Shown: piece by piece, positions 1 to 12,757 of the stretch | How the letters are laid out: every line of letters begins with the position of its first letter | Position numbering within the stretch: position 1 is the stretch's first letter | Source of the DNA: Octopus sinensis | Lineage: Eukaryota | DNA length: 64,000 bases | Reading direction: 5' to 3' | Assembly: GCF_006345805.1 (NCBI RefSeq) | Contig: NC_043002.1 | Location: forward strand, 3,968,001-4,032,000 | Notes under the pieces: generated by a model | The model's database searches: none | Told to the model about the DNA's origin: nothing | What the model saw: the letters and a program-made list of their open reading frames with translations, nothing else | Made by a program: the position numbers and the translations under genes

Positions 1-1038
1 CAAAGGGGGTTGGCATGGGTGCCTGTCGTACGGTCGCATTGGAGTATTTTACGTGCCACGGCCCCGAGTCGGATAGTGCTTTTTACGTACCACCAGGCCA
101 GGGATCCTGGCTGGTTCAATTCGGTTTCGATTTCGATTTCGATTTCGCTTGCCCCAACATGTCTTCGCAAGCATGGGGGGTTGGGATGGGTGTCTGTCGT
201 CGGATGAGGTTCTATATCGACTTCGCTTGCCTCAACCGGTCTTTGTGTCCAAGGGAGGAAAGGCATTCATAAGTGGGCTGGGCTCACTTGTCCTGCCTGG
301 TCTTCTCACGTACAGAATATTTCCAAAGGTCTCGGTCTCTGGTCATTTCCTCAGTGAGGCCTAAAGTTCGAAGGTCGTGCTTCACCACCTCGTCCCAGGT
401 TTTCCTGGGTCTACCTCTTCCACGGGTTCCCTCAACTGCTAGGGATTGGCACTTCTCTCACACACCTATCTTCATCCATTCTCGCCACATGACCATACCA
501 GCGCAATCGTCTCTCTTGCACACCACAACTGATGCTTCTTAGGTACAACATTTCTCTCAAGGTGCTAACGCTCTGTCGAGTATGTACACTGACATTACAC
601 ATCCATCGGAGCATACTGGCTTCATTCCTCACGAGCTTACGCATGTCCTCAGCAGTCACAGCCCATGTTTCGCTGCCATGTAGCATGGCTGTTCGTACAC
701 ACGCATCATACAGTCTGCCTTTTACTCTGAGCGAGAGGCCTTTAGTCACCAGCAGAGGTAAGAGCTCCCTAAACTTTGCCCAGGCTATTCTTATTCTAGC
801 AGTTACACTTTCAGCGCACCCACCCCCACTACTGACTTGGTCACCTAGATAACGGAAGCTATCAACTACTTCTAGTTTTTCCCCCTGGAAAGTGACGGAA
901 GTTGTTTTCTGCAGATTTTCGGAGGTTAATGCTCCCGAGCATCTGCCACATACAAAAACTATCTTCCCAGTTAGCCTACCTTTGACATTGCTGCACCTCT
1001 TATGTGTCCATAGCTTACACTGGGTACATCTTATAGAG
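1..1038 (-). mobile_element. RTE-clade LINE, 5'-truncated 3' fragment (RT thumb/C-terminus plus 3' UTR)
   Basis: Minus frames give ...CTQCKLWTHKRC..., VDSFRYLGD, KGRLYDACVRTAMLHGSETW, RRLRWYGHVARM, typical RTE C-terminal motifs. Near-identical to 31900-32630. Confidence 0.85.
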
Positions 1039-1330
1039 AGGCACGCTTACGCCTTACCTTAATTAGTGGTCATTCAAATAGTGCTTTTGTCTTAATAACG
1101 GTCTATAACACAGTAATTTCCCTTTGTATAACGGTCTTTTTTCATAGCATTTTTCTGATGGCCGGATAACTGAAGAGATGGTGGTGTGGATTTCCACCTC
1201 GGCATCCGGAACTCAGAGTTTTATCTTGGCTACAGAATAATTGTCACATATTACATTTACAGATAAATTCCTCTACTTACATAATATTGAGGTCTCTTTC
1301 TTTCTTTTGTTATCTTACCGTTTTTACCAA
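1039..1330 (+). mobile_element. Short non-coding element carrying a hammerhead-like motif, ending at (TA)n
   Basis: Contains the motif at 1161-1230 and abuts (TA)n at 1330. Penelope-type pLTR or retrozyme origin is inferred; boundaries approximate. Confidence 0.45.
1161..1230 (+). ncRNA. Type I hammerhead ribozyme-like motif (degenerate, GAAA to GGAA)
   Basis: GATAA-CTGAAGA-GATG..GGTG..CACC..CATC-C-GGAA-CTCAGAGT-T-TTATC. Stem I GATAA/TTATC, stem II GATG/CATC, stem III ACTC/GAGT, GUU triplet. Confidence 0.6.
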
Positions 1331-1950
1331 TATATATATATATATATGATGCTCATAAAAAATTGACATGTTCTATAAATTTTAAATTTTATTAAGCATC
1401 TGCTCACAATGCAGAATGTTGTAATGTATAACACTATGCTTTTTAGTCACCACCAGATTAGCAAACTTGCATGTATGCACTGCATATAACACAATCCCTG
1501 TATCTATCTATGCAAATGATGAAATCCCACTGCTAACGAACACAAACAAATCACATACGCTAACGATGTGACATCGGTAAAGTTAACATCACTCGAGTTG
1601 CTTATAATTCAAAATTTAATTTTGTTTTACTTGTGCAGTGCTGTTCCTGATCAACACCATTTACGTATAAACCAGCAATTCCAGTTTGTTTCGAGCTGAC
1701 TTGGAGATACGATTCTAAAGAACTAAAATAGCAGAGAAACATTGATATCCATCATTCTCATTCATCCAGGGATTTTCAATGTTTTTTAACAATCATCTTA
1801 AAAAGGACTTTTCCCTGATGCAATCTTGCAATTAATAAGTGCATAAACAAAACACATATACTCAGTGTGTGACATTAGTTATATATATATATACATATAT
1901 ATATGTTTATATATATATGTATGTGTGTATATATATTTATATATATATAT

Positions 1951-2958
1951 TGATACGAGGTCAGTTGAAAAAAAGTGCTATGACCCAGTTTTGTGGTTTG
2001 GTGCCAGCTTGACTAGGGAGACAGGTTATTGGCCTTTGTCCTGTCATTTTTGTAGGGAAATTAATGAGTTTGGAAGAGACATCTGACCCTTTCCGGTCAG
2101 GGAAAGTTTAAAAAAAAAAAAAATCTGCTACCCTTTAAAATACGGCGAGCTGGGAGTTTGTTGGTCAGTTGGCAACAGGATCAGTTGGCATCAGGGCAGT
2201 TGGCGAGAGAGAGTTGACCTGGGTTGGTCAGTTTGGGCAGAGACAGTGAATGAGAGAGCTGCCAGGCGGGAGGCAGCAACAAGGATGACAAGCGAGGCGA
2301 GGACAGGCAGATAGGATTGAGGAGGTGAGGGAGATTACGGCGAGAAGGCTAGAATGCTTGTAGTAGGATCTGAAATTGTTGCAGACTCGAAAACGTTCGG
2401 TAAAGTTTTGTTTATGTCTTTTGTTGTTGAATTTTGGTGTTGATGTGCGTTGAAAGAAAAGAACTGAAAAAAGGAATTGTGTCAAAAAAAGAGAACTGTG
2501 AATTGAGGAAAAGAGGAAGAAAAGAAAGGAAAAGAACACTGTGTTAAAGAAAGAGAAAGAAGGAAAGAGAAAGACTTTGATTTGAACTGTTTCAAACTCT
2601 ATATTGCGTTGAACATTTGTTTTGATTGTTTTTGGACTTGGTGTATCGTGCATGCCTTTGTTGTTTTTCTTTTTAATTCTGGTGCATGTTATTTTCTTTA
2701 ATGTATCTGATATGTATTACGTTTTATTTGATGTTGTAATAATTGTATAAACTGTTCTTAAATGTAAGCAACTGCCTTCCGCCGTGTCTCTCTCTTCCTG
2801 TTGTTGTTCTTGTTATCTCCGGTTACCGGTTCAAGTTCGCTGCCATCCCCACCACCGTTTTCTCTGTGGCGGATTCCGTTTGACTGAGCCTGGTCAATCG
2901 TCGTCGCTTGACTTAGTAGGGTCCCGGGTTCGAGTTGAGCGACGGCAGGTTCGTAACA
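1951..2958. mobile_element. Probable solo LTR inserted in (TA)n
   Basis: About 1.0 kb starting TGATACGA and ending TCGTAACA (TG...CA, 7/8 inverted match), ATAT on both sides, no coding capacity. Confidence 0.5.
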
Positions 2959-3409
2959 ATATATATACATACATATATATATATATGTATATCTGTGTGT
3001 ATGTGCATGTGTGTGTAGCAAATTTTTTAAGGTGAATAACTATAAGGATATTCTCTGCAAAACATAATCTACAGGATTAAGGCATTTGAACAAATAAATT
3101 ATTCTGCAAATTAGGCAACCTAATAATAGCTTCAGATTTAGTCGCATAGCCAGAAACTTTTGAGGGAAGGGGATTAGCCGATGGCATTGACCCATGTATT
3201 TAACCAGTACGTTATTTTATCAAATGTAAAGTTGACATCTACAGGATTTGAACACAGAATTTTAAACGCTGCAAAAATTACAGTAAAGCACTTTTTTCAA
3301 CCATTCCAACAATATTCTGCTTATCCAATAATTCAAAATAATATTTCCAAGACAAGCTTATTATTTTCATTCAGCAATCATAAACTCAATTTTCTCCTCT
3401 CTTCTCAAA

Positions 3410-3716
3410 TCTTTATATATAAAAGTGAAGTTTATATATATAAAAGTCTGTCTCCTATGATTTAGATTCCTAACTACTTCCACATTTTGCGGTGCAGTTA
3501 AACCAAAAGCGGGTATCTTATAGTCGTATTTCATATCGAGCCCTTCTGGGTATTAGCGCACGTCTACGATGAGTCTACGATTAAAAAAAAATTTACATAA
3601 TTTTTCCGCATTTTTAATGCATTTTCGCTCGGTTTATATAAGGGAAATAACTCTCTATACATGCTTATATAGTTATTTCCCTTACAAACCCGAGCAACGC
3701 CGGGCGATACTGGTAG
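3410..3716 (+). mobile_element. Non-autonomous Helitron (short family)
   Basis: A|TCTTTATATATAAAAGTG... 5' end, subterminal hairpin CCCGAGCAACGCCGGG, ends GTAG|T (CTAG in sister copies at 41009-41402 and 44529-44929), no TSD. Confidence 0.8.
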
Positions 3717-3889
3717 TATTCAAATAAAACAAAACAAAGCAAAATATTTTTTATATTTATTTTTTAAATTTTTTATTTCTTTTATTCTCATTGGTGTTCA
3801 GAAATAACTTTTGTTTATATTTATTCTTTTTTCTGCTCACCAGCCTTGCCCTCCTCACACCCTAACTTTTCTCTCTTTCACACATTATA

Positions 3890-3965
3890 TAGATGTACAT
3901 TACACATATACATATGTACATATATATATATATTTCTGTGTGTGTGTGTCTGTGTACTTGTGTGC

Positions 3966-4010
<45 letters not shown>

Positions 4011-4263
4011 CACACAAACATATAGATACGATAGATAGGTAGATAGACAGACAGACAGACAGAGAGATACATCGACAAAAACACAAATACAAATATACAA
4101 ACACAAGAACACATACAGACATACACATAAAATATTCCCAGGTATATATGTGTGTGTGTATGTACATATGTAAATAAATACAAATATATAGTCAACACAC
4201 CACACAAACTTGGGTGCACAAACACATGAGTGTATGTATAATATACATGAATATGTGTGTGTG

Positions 4264-4295
<32 letters not shown>

Positions 4296-5226
4296 TGTAA
4301 GTATGTGTATATATATATATGTATATGATTATATGTGTATATGCACACACACATGTATATATGTGTATGTGTATATATATATATACACACAAACACATTT
4401 TCATATACGTACACACACACATCTATGTATATATACAATTATATACATGTATATATACATATATATACATGTGTACACATACATATATGTGTGTATTTGT
4501 GTTTGTGTATATATACATAAAAATTTATATATATCGTATATGTTAAAGTATACAAGTGAGTATATGAATGCAAAATATCAGAAAATTCTTTTATTCTTGT
4601 AGGTCTTTTACACAATGGAGTGCATCCATGCCTAGGTACCCCCTCATCATACACATTTGAATATAAACAGATACACATACACAATTTGAAAATTGCAAAT
4701 ATACATGAATGTATATATGTGTGTGTAGGTATGTATATATACATGTAAATACATATATATAAATGCACATGTGTATACATGTAAATATCATTATCAGTAT
4801 ATATACACATAATCAAAAACACACACACACTATATATATATATATAAACATTCGTACATATACACAAATCATATACACACATATACACACACATTTATAC
4901 ATACACACACAGATATACACATATATATATGCATCAATAATTGTGTGTATCTGTATTTAATTACTTACATCTAGGCAAGTATGCATGTATTTATGTTCAC
5001 ACACACACACGCATATATATACATACATACATATATACATACATACACATATATATATATATACACACACATATACATATATATATATATACATATACAC
5101 ACATATACATATATATGTATATATACATATATATATATATACACATATACATATATATATATACATATATATATACACACATATACATATATATACACAC
5201 ATATACATATATATACACACATATAC

Positions 5227-5257
<31 letters not shown>

Positions 5258-5290
5258 CACACACACATATACATATATATATATATATAA
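3890..5290. repeat. Degenerate (TA)n/(CA)n/(TACA)n microsatellite field downstream of the malectin stop
   Basis: Direct inspection; source of the YI/HT/CV low-complexity ORFs. Confidence 0.95.
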
Positions 5291-5446
5291 TTTTTATGTT
5301 TAAGATGAGAAAGTGATGATACTAGTTAACCCGTCCCCATATAAACCAGCCCCGCCACCCCATATGCACCTCCCCGACCCCTGCCCACTCCTCTCACTTG
5401 AATGAATGATGTCTTCAGCCCAATCCGAAGCCTTTTATATCTAGCG

Positions 5447-5679
5447 TCATAGTCTACATAGACAAAAAAGGAGTGGTATGAAGGCCCCTATGGCCACAAA
5501 TACAGGCAACAACATGGTGCTAGTATCGTCGGCAGCATAAGGGTCTTGGACCTTTGGCCCTGAAGGACGGCGGGACTTTGAGGGGGACCTGGCTTCTGAG
5601 CTTTCGTCTTCTTCCTCCTCTTCCTCCTCCTCACCATGAGGAGTATCAGCACCAGGGAGTGGTGGAAGCTTTGGAACAT
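5447..5679 (-). CDS. MLEC: Malectin, terminal coding exon (acidic linker, transmembrane helix, LFCLCRL* end)
   Basis: ttcttctgcAG|AT GTT CCA... gives (D)VPKLPPLPGADTPHGEEEEEEEEDESSEARSPSKSRRPSGPKVQDPYAADDTSTMLLPVFVAIGAFIPLLFCLCRL*. The poly-Glu run, SGP...PYA.D and FIP.LFCLCRL end are malectin hallmarks. TGA at 5447-5449. Confidence 0.95.
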
Positions 5680-5926
5680 CTGCAGAAGAAGAAGAAAAAA
5701 GATGCAAATGGATACAAAAATATTTCATACATATTATACAGATGCATGTGCAGTGCGTGTGTGTGCATTTATATTTGTACGTTTTATACATATAGGTGTA
5801 TATACATCATAATCCTTTCTACTATAGGCACAAGGTCTGAAATTAGGAGGAAATGGGGGCTTGTTGACTATATTGACCCCAGTATTCTACTGGTATCAAT
5901 TTCATCAACCCCGAAAGGATGAAAGG

Positions 5927-6228
5927 CCAGTACTTATTCTATCGGTCTCTTTTGCCGAACCGCTAAGTGACGGGGACGTAAACACACCAGCATCGGTTGT
6001 CAAGCAATGCTAGGGGGACAAACACAGACACACAAACACACATATATATATATATACATATATACGACAGGCTTCTTTCAGTTTCCGTCTACCAAATCCA
6101 CTCACAAGGCATTGGTCGGCCTGGGGCTATAGCAGAAGACACTTGCCCAAGATGCCACGCAGTGGGACTGAACCCGGAACCATGTGGTTGGTTAGCAAGC
6201 TACTTACCACACAGCCACTCCTGCGCCT
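5927..6228 (-). mobile_element. tRNA-derived SINE family A copy (in last malectin intron)
   Basis: Head AGGCGCAGGAGTGGCTGTGTGGTAAG...GGTTCAGTCCC (A/B-box-like), internal (TA)(TG) microsatellite. Many near-identical copies in the window. Confidence 0.85.
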
Positions 6229-6611
6229 GTATACATATCATAACGCTAATAGATGTGAAAAGCTGCAGGTATTTAGAGGTATGCATGTGTATATAGACTG
6301 GGCTTATATATGTCTATGCATTTGTATGGACACCAAGAAGAATATATGCACAGTTGTGTATGCATTTGTTTGTACACAGGTATACCAGTATTGTGCACTG
6401 CCCCCCCCCCCACATGCAGCACAATTTTACTTGCAGTCAACGTTGCAGTTTTGAGCAAAAATCTTGACACCATAAAACAAATAAATGTTTAAGTGAAGTT
6501 GATGGTTTGGGTGTTTTTGAATGACTACATTGCATTTCCACACTGAAATCACAGTCACATACACACTCACATACATATAGATACACACATACACATAGAT
6601 ATGCATTGTGA

Positions 6612-6944
6612 AGGCACATGGCTCAGTGGTTAGAGCATCAGGCTCACAATCATGAGGTAGTGAGTTCGATTCCTGACCCAGGCTATGTGTTGTGTTCTTG
6701 AGCAAGACACTTTATTTCATGTTGCTCCAGAATCGTTAGCACGCTGGGCGAAATGCGTAGCTGCATTTCGTCTGCCGTTACGTTCTGAGTTCAAATTCCG
6801 CCGAGGTCGACTTTGCCTTTCATCCTTTCGGGGTCGATAAATAAAGTACCAGTTACGCACTGGGGTCGATGTAATCGACTTAATCTGTTTGTCTGTCCTT
6901 GTTTGTCCCTTCTATGTTTGGCCCCTTGTGGGTAGTAAAGAAAC
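6612..6944 (+). mobile_element. Chimeric SINE: tRNA-headed family B 5' part fused to a second SINE family
   Basis: TGGCTCAGTGGTTAGAGC...GAGTTCGATTCC head, switching at about 6729 into AGAATCGTTAGC...GCCTTTCATCCTTTCGGGGTCGATAAA, also seen at 43277-43680. Confidence 0.65.
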
Positions 6945-7089
6945 ATATACACATAGATATGCATATACATACCAAAACATGCACACACACATACATGAAC
7001 ATATTATACACACATTTTGCTGCGTGCATTTGGTCCGTGCCTTTTGTACCAGTTTTTTCTTTTGTTTTTTTTGTTTTACTTGCTGAGCC

Positions 7090-7720
7090 TGGAAAAGGGC
7101 CAGCGCAATGAGCCTTCATTGGTTCACTGTGATTAGTGAAATTAATGTTATCAATGTTCCACTAAAACTGCTACCAGTTGACCCCTCCAGGAGGGGACAT
7201 GAGCAGAGAGTGTGTATGTATGTGGCAGGGTGGTCAAGGGAGCCAATAATCTTGGAAGGACAGACTGAACATTGTGGTTAGTGAGGTGCCTAGGGTTAAG
7301 CATAATATGGGTGATGAGGAGAGAAACAAGTGAGTCGGAAGTGTCCAGCCGGCTCCAAGAAGCAGGGTTCATTATAAGAGAGGTAGAAAAAGTGGAGGGA
7401 GAAGACGGTGTGCCTATGGTTCAAAGACTGGAGCAGGTCTGTTATCGACTTATGCCAGTCAGTTAAATTGGCCTTTCTCTGGAATCAATCTAAGATGCAA
7501 CACTGTTCCTGAGGTAGAAGCAATGTTGTGCTGAGGGCCTCACTTGAGCTTTGTAGAGCATCAGTAATTGTAGTGGGAGATTGATTTTTTTCTAGTTCTG
7601 AAGGAAAATGGCCTGTTTTTGAGATGTGGTCCTACCTGTTACAGATGTGCTTTCATCAGAAGAGATCCTTGACAATAGCAATGCCTAACATTTGGAGAGA
7701 TGATGAGGGCTCTAGTTGCA
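7090..7720 (-). mobile_element. Degenerate L2/CR1-group LINE 3' fragment
   Basis: Minus-strand remnants resembling L2-type C-terminus (LYKAQVRP-like) with many stops. Similar remnants near 14480-15110 and 19480-19710. Confidence 0.5.
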
Positions 7721-7885
7721 TACTTCTCTTGTTTTAACCCTTTAGTGTTTAAACCAATGATATGTGGCTAAAATATTCCATCTATTTTATGTTCAAACTG
7801 GCCAGATCCGGCCTCTCACACCAACCTGACAATGTGATTCTAAAGATATACAATCATATCACAGAAATCTCAAAGCTACAGGATA

Positions 7886-8478
7886 ACACTTGACTTGACT
7901 TGACTTGACTTGAGACAGCATTCACCTGGGGTGGGTTGAGCTGGCTTCATTCATTCTCAATGCTGCATCTCTCACAAACGCCGACTAGGCCTGGCGATTT
8001 GAGGCTAACAACCGCGTGATCTCCAACCGCTTTATATTCCAGTGGCAAATGCTGTAGGCATGGGGGCCTAGGTTGGGTTCCAGATCAGCCTTGACTGTCA
8101 TCAGCCAGGTTTTTCGTTGTCCACCACATCGCTTTCGCCAACCCTGAAGGGGGGCCGGGGCAATTGCTTTGTAGATGAATTCTCCTGGTTGACAACGGAG
8201 GGCATGACCCAGCCAACGCTGACGTCTCGTTAGGATGACTTGTCGGAGGGAGGTGATTTTGCACTGGTATCGCACCGAATTGTTGGAGACAAAGTGATGC
8301 CATCGGACACGAAGGATGCGGTGTAGACAGAGGTGATCGAAGGATTCTAGTCACTTAATATCTTCCATCCTCATCAGCCATGACTCGCTGCCGTAAAGGA
8401 GAATCGTTCGCACTAGTGCTTAGTAGATCCGTGCACCACCAAAGTATGGATCTACCAAGCACTAGTGCGAACAATTCT
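7886..8478 (-). mobile_element. RTE-clade LINE 3' fragment with (CAAGT)n tail, 5' foldback and about 44-bp flanking duplication
   Basis: Minus frames ALVRTILLYGSESW...RWLGHALR...GGQRKTW. Tail ACTTG repeats at about 7888-7912. Direct repeats at 7837-7880 and 8474-8517. Confidence 0.8.
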
Positions 8479-8865
8479 AAAAATATACAATCATATCACA
8501 GAACTCTCAAAGCTACAAAACAATGTGAACAAGTAAGTATCACATTTGACAGAGTAAAACTGAATGTGGTGGGGAGCGACATGATGAAAACAACTCAATA
8601 TCTTGGACAGCTTTCTATTGCAGCAAACCAGGAGTCCCAAACCAGGAGTCCTGTGTCTTCCTTGTTTGCTTCGGCCCATCTCATAGGACCGTGCAAAATA
8701 ATCATTGCTGCTCTTCTTCTGACTAAGCTAACAAAATGTAACAATTACAGGTTTCAAATTTTGGCACAAAGCCAAGTTTCGGGGGAGAGGGGCAAGTCAA
8801 TTATATTGACCCCCCCAGTGCTCAACTGGTACTTATTTTATCCGGTCCAGCACTCACTAACATTC

Positions 8866-9250
8866 AACATATAGTTTTACAACTTTACTTATACGAAGTG
8901 TCTGTGTGTCAGTGAGTGTGAGAGAGAGAGAAAATGTGCTCCATGGCTTGCGATACATGAAAGACTGTTTTCTCTTGTAAATTCGGGAGATGGACATCCT
9001 GGTTACTATTAACACATAATCTTCAAACCCACCCTCCCCCACCTCTTTAACTCCACCCCACACACAATTCATATAGGCCACATCTCCATGTCATTTTGAT
9101 ATTTCTAACGCATGCCCTTTTTTCCCCCTAAACACAGATGTTTCTTTTGCTTATATAGTTTGTTTTTTGTTTCATTTATCTTTTGTGGGTGGAGAGGCTA
9201 AGACCTGAACATATACCTTCTCCATCACCCCTTCACCACTGCCTGGTTCT
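8866..9250. repeat. Dispersed ~390-bp repeat; inverted copy at about 30190-30592
   Basis: Reverse-complement match between the loci (shared SMYRKPWST and GSGEGVMEKVYVQVLASPPTKDK ORF fragments); both adjoin (TA)n. Confidence 0.75.
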
Positions 9251-9314
9251 CTTTCTCTCATATACATTATATATACATATATATATGTATGTATGTATGG
9301 CACGTAAAGTGCGG

Positions 9315-9493
9315 GTGGCACGTAAAAAGCACCCACTACACTCACAGAGTGGTTGGCGTTAGGAAGGGCATCCAGCCGTAGAAACACTGCCAGATCAGAC
9401 TGGGCCTGATGCAGCCTTCTGGCTTCACAGACCCCAGTTGAACTGTCCAACCCATGCTAGCATGGAAAGCGGACGCTAAATGATGATGATGAT
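9315..9493 (+). mobile_element. RTE-LINE 3'-tail repeat ending in (GAT)n; representative of more than 10 copies
   Basis: ...GGAAGGGCATCCAGC...CCCATGCTAGCATGGAAAGCGGACG..(GAT)n, the same 3' end as the RTE LINE at 31268-32810. Other copies near 16842, 27240, 29525, 33760, 46461, 48213, 49340, 49895, 56647, 58430 and 60118. Confidence 0.85.
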
Positions 9494-10279
9494 GTATATA
9501 TATACAATAGATGGTACGATAGATATAATACATTATGTATTTATCTAAAACCCATCAAGCCATGTAAAACTGCAGTTGTGGCAGATACTGGTGCCATGCA
9601 AACTGACACCTGTGCCAGTGGCATGTAAAAACACCCATTACACTCTTGGAGTGGTTGGCATTAGGAAGGATGTCCAGCTGTGGAAAACCATGCCAAAACA
9701 GACTGGAGTTTGGTGCAGCCTCCCAGCTTACCAGCCATGACCAAACTGTCCAACCCATGCCAACATGGATGGTGATGACGGTAATGATGACGACAATGAT
9801 GACTCCAAAAGGATGAAATGCAAGGTTGACCCTGGTGGAATTTGAACAGAAAGATGATATGTTGCTAAGCATTTTGCCTGGTGTGCTAGCAGTTCTGCCA
9901 GTTCACAGCCTTGGACCTCCATCAGTCACAAATGACCATGAGATTGTACCTAGAAAAGTTCCCCTCTGAGGCACAAGTTCGGGAAAGGTTGTTTATGGGA
10001 GACCAGCAGTCGCCCACGCATACCAGCCTTCCCTCTCAACACCATTGATGCTATCCAAAGGAAAGGCAAAGGAGCCGATACAGCTTGGCACCAATGACAT
10101 CGCACCTCATTTCTACAGCTGAGTGGAACTGGAGACACATGAAATAATGCGTCTTGCTCAAAAGCACAACACACAGCCCTGTCTGAGAACTGAACTCACT
10201 ATCTCATGATTGTGAGCCCAACGCTTTAACCACTGAATTATGCACCTTCACAAAAGAAAGCAGACCAGCCACCAGATGC

Positions 10280-10352
10280 TTCGGCATCCTGGGATTGAAC
10301 CAGAGACATTTAGGTTTTCAGTCTAACGCTCTCTCAACTGAGCTATTTTGGC
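10280..10352 (-). pseudogene. tRNA-Phe(GAA) pseudogene
   Basis: GCCAAAATAGCTCAGTTGAGAGAGCGTTAGACTGAAAACCTAAATGTCTCTGGTTCAATCCCAGG follows the metazoan tRNA-Phe consensus with several substitutions; 3' acceptor strand disrupted. Confidence 0.8.
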
Positions 10353-10917
10353 TCACCACCTTAATAATAATCATCATCATCATCATCATCATTTAGCGTC
10401 CGTTTGACAATAGTAATTAAATTAAAAAAATATAACCTTGTTCATCAGAGCATGGCAAAAACCTCCAGACTTCTGCTTGCAACAAAGGTTTGAGGCCTGC
10501 TAACCTAATCTTACACTTGACATTGTATTCAGAAAGCTGTAACCAATACTCCATAAAAGAAACTGTCAGGGGTAAAGTATCTTAAAGCATTGAATGTATC
10601 TTTTGGGCAAACAAAACAATACAAAGCAAACAGAAACTCAAACTTCTCAATAGACACGAAAAAAAGAAAGAACAATCCCTATTTATGTTTGTTTCTCAAT
10701 AACAATTGCTCAAACAATTCTAAAAAAATACTTCATGCTCAAATAAAGAATATATGTCAGTGAAATATGATATATATATATGTAAGAGGTTCTGTGTTGT
10801 GTGTGTGTGTGTGTATGAATGTGTGTGTGTGTATGTGTAATAGTATTTGGCTTAAAGAATATGACTTTAGCACAAGTGGTCAGACTTCCAGTTACAAAAA
10901 ATGTTATTAAAACTTAC

Positions 10918-10975
10918 CATCTAGAGTACCCTTCATAACGTAAATGGCATTAATTTTTGGATTGTCTGAGTCACC
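10918..10975 (-). CDS. MLEC: Malectin, 58-bp penultimate coding exon (absent from ORF track)
   Basis: ctttccttctAG|GGTGACTCAGACAATCCAAAA...CTAGATG|GTaagt. Translates GDSDNPKINAIYVMKGTLD+G, matching malectin G..DNPK..A.Y.M.GT.D. Phase 0/1 joins both neighbouring exons in frame. Confidence 0.93.
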
Positions 10976-11744
10976 CTAGAAGGAAAGATAGATAAAAATT
11001 GATAACAAACACATCAGATGAAAACAATTATACTTACAAGTTCACACACATAATATCCTATTTAATGTAAGCTGAAAATTTTACTAACTGTGACAGCAGT
11101 GAATGTTGGACAAGCAACATCTATCTGTCTGTCTGTCTGTCTATCTCTCTATATATCTATACACACACACACACACATTTATCTTCTTCCATAAAATTTT
11201 ATGAAAATGTTTCCCCGACGATGCTTAACCCTGTCTGGATGCTGGGTGGAATAATCGTATCATTGAATACCATAACTAACATCAGGGTGCAGAATATTTT
11301 TTAAAACTTTGTTATTAAAGTGCATCTGAACATGAAAACAACATTTTTTTTTATCTGATAAAGTTAAAGAAAAAATTTGTTAAATGCATTTTAACTACAA
11401 AATTAAAAGCTCACATGCAAAATGCAAGCAAACGACACCTTCCCCAACATCTAGTCAGGATCTAAGCATCCGGGTCAAACATTTTCACACACACGCATGC
11501 AGGCATGAGTGCATATGCGTGTTGATTAGGGAAACAGTTATATGTGCAGATTATGCTTGTTTCAGCATTGCACAGTCATCCAAAGATTGAAAATGTGGAA
11601 CTCAGAGAAAAGATTTAATAAAAGTTTTCAGCTTACAATAAATGAGATAAAACTCAAGAATATCATTGAATACATTTTTATTCCTTGGTAGCACAATATT
11701 CTGGACTTTATCAACAAGAACATATAAGATGTATATATATATAT

Positions 11745-11938
11745 AAGTTAATCCAAACACGAAAACACAACAACGCGAGGACGTGGAACAAGTATAGTGT
11801 TATTGGACGCTCAGGAAAGGAAAGAAAGAAGGAAAATTTAACGTTTTGAGTGGAGCTCTTCATCAGAAACATAGGAAAAGGAAAGATCCAAGGAAGGGAA
11901 GACGGAGGAACAAAATCACCAATGGTACACACGCGGTG
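11745..11938 (-). mobile_element. ~190-bp hammerhead-bearing element in (TA)n; sister copy 58597-58802
   Basis: Clear alignment between the two loci; both carry the motif on the minus strand. Confidence 0.7.
11836..11870 (-). ncRNA. Minimal hammerhead-like motif (CpG-decayed)
   Basis: GTTT-CTGATGA-A-GAGC-TCC-ACTC-AAAA-CGT-T-AAAT. Canonical CUGAUGA; two G-to-A changes at CpG sites relative to the 58697 copy. Confidence 0.6.
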
Positions 11939-11941
11939 TGG

Positions 11942-11974
<33 letters not shown>

Positions 11975-12354
11975 CACTACCGTCAGAAATTAATTAGCAC
12001 CCTTGATTTGCTCTTCACTCAAGGTATGTGCTGTCACCTAGTGGCCATATCTCGAACTATTGCTTTGTTGCGAGTTCACTGTTGCGCAGAACGATGACGT
12101 AACTTTGTTTGCAGAGCAGTTTGAGAGTCTACAGCCTTATGATGTTGACATAGCAGTGCAACAACAACTTGGAGTGCGGATGCATACAAATCTTCCTTTG
12201 TTTAATAGATATAGGTAGCGCCTCGCAAGGACCGAAATCACACCATACTAAGTTTTCTCATCGCGTAAGACATTTTGAACAGCTCATAGGTTAATTGATT
12301 TAACCTATTTAATGTAGAAATTTGAGAAGTGCTGATTAATTTCTGACGCAAGTG
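11975..12354. mobile_element. Tc1/mariner-type MITE
   Basis: TIRs CACTACCGTCAGAAATTAATTAGCAC / GTGCTGATTAATTTCTGACGCAAGTG, flanked by TA. Confidence 0.8.
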
Positions 12355-12533
12355 TATATATTTGTATTATGAATTTGTGGTAAAACATTTTACCTTTGCC
12401 CATATAATACAATAAATGAATTAATTGCATCGCAATTCTTAACATTTATGTATAAACTTTGTTGGGTGCTTCACTGGCAGTATATTGGATATATGTTATC
12501 CCATGGTGGGTTGTACTCACAACCCCCATCTCA

Positions 12534-12572
<39 letters not shown>

Positions 12573-12757
12573 CTGTAACGTAAATAGTTAAGATTTTTCA
12601 ATATAAATTACAAGTCATTCATAAGTATTACCTATTACAGAAAAATCTTCTGGTAGATATGAGTTGCCATGAAGTTGTCTATAATCTTCATGTGATGTGA
12701 AGGGGAGGTAATTCTGTTCGTTTATCCAATAAGAAGAAATCGGCAGAACCTATTTAA

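Noticed and set aside
4603-4635. Possible plus-strand micro-exon (ttcttgtAG|GTCTTT...CTAG|GTAC)
   Set aside because: Weak donor, no partner exons and no recognisable peptide.
3811-5316. Many 60-190 aa ORFs rich in YI/HT/CV
   Set aside because: Translations of dinucleotide microsatellites; no coding signal.
5680-5791. N-terminal part of the 114-aa ORF as malectin coding sequence
   Set aside because: Intronic; the acceptor lies at 5680-5681 and homology starts at 5679.
5997-6454. Recurrent ORFs such as GTEPGTMWLVSKLLTTQP and LDALPNANH as a gene family
   Set aside because: Chance translations of SINE and LINE-tail copies.
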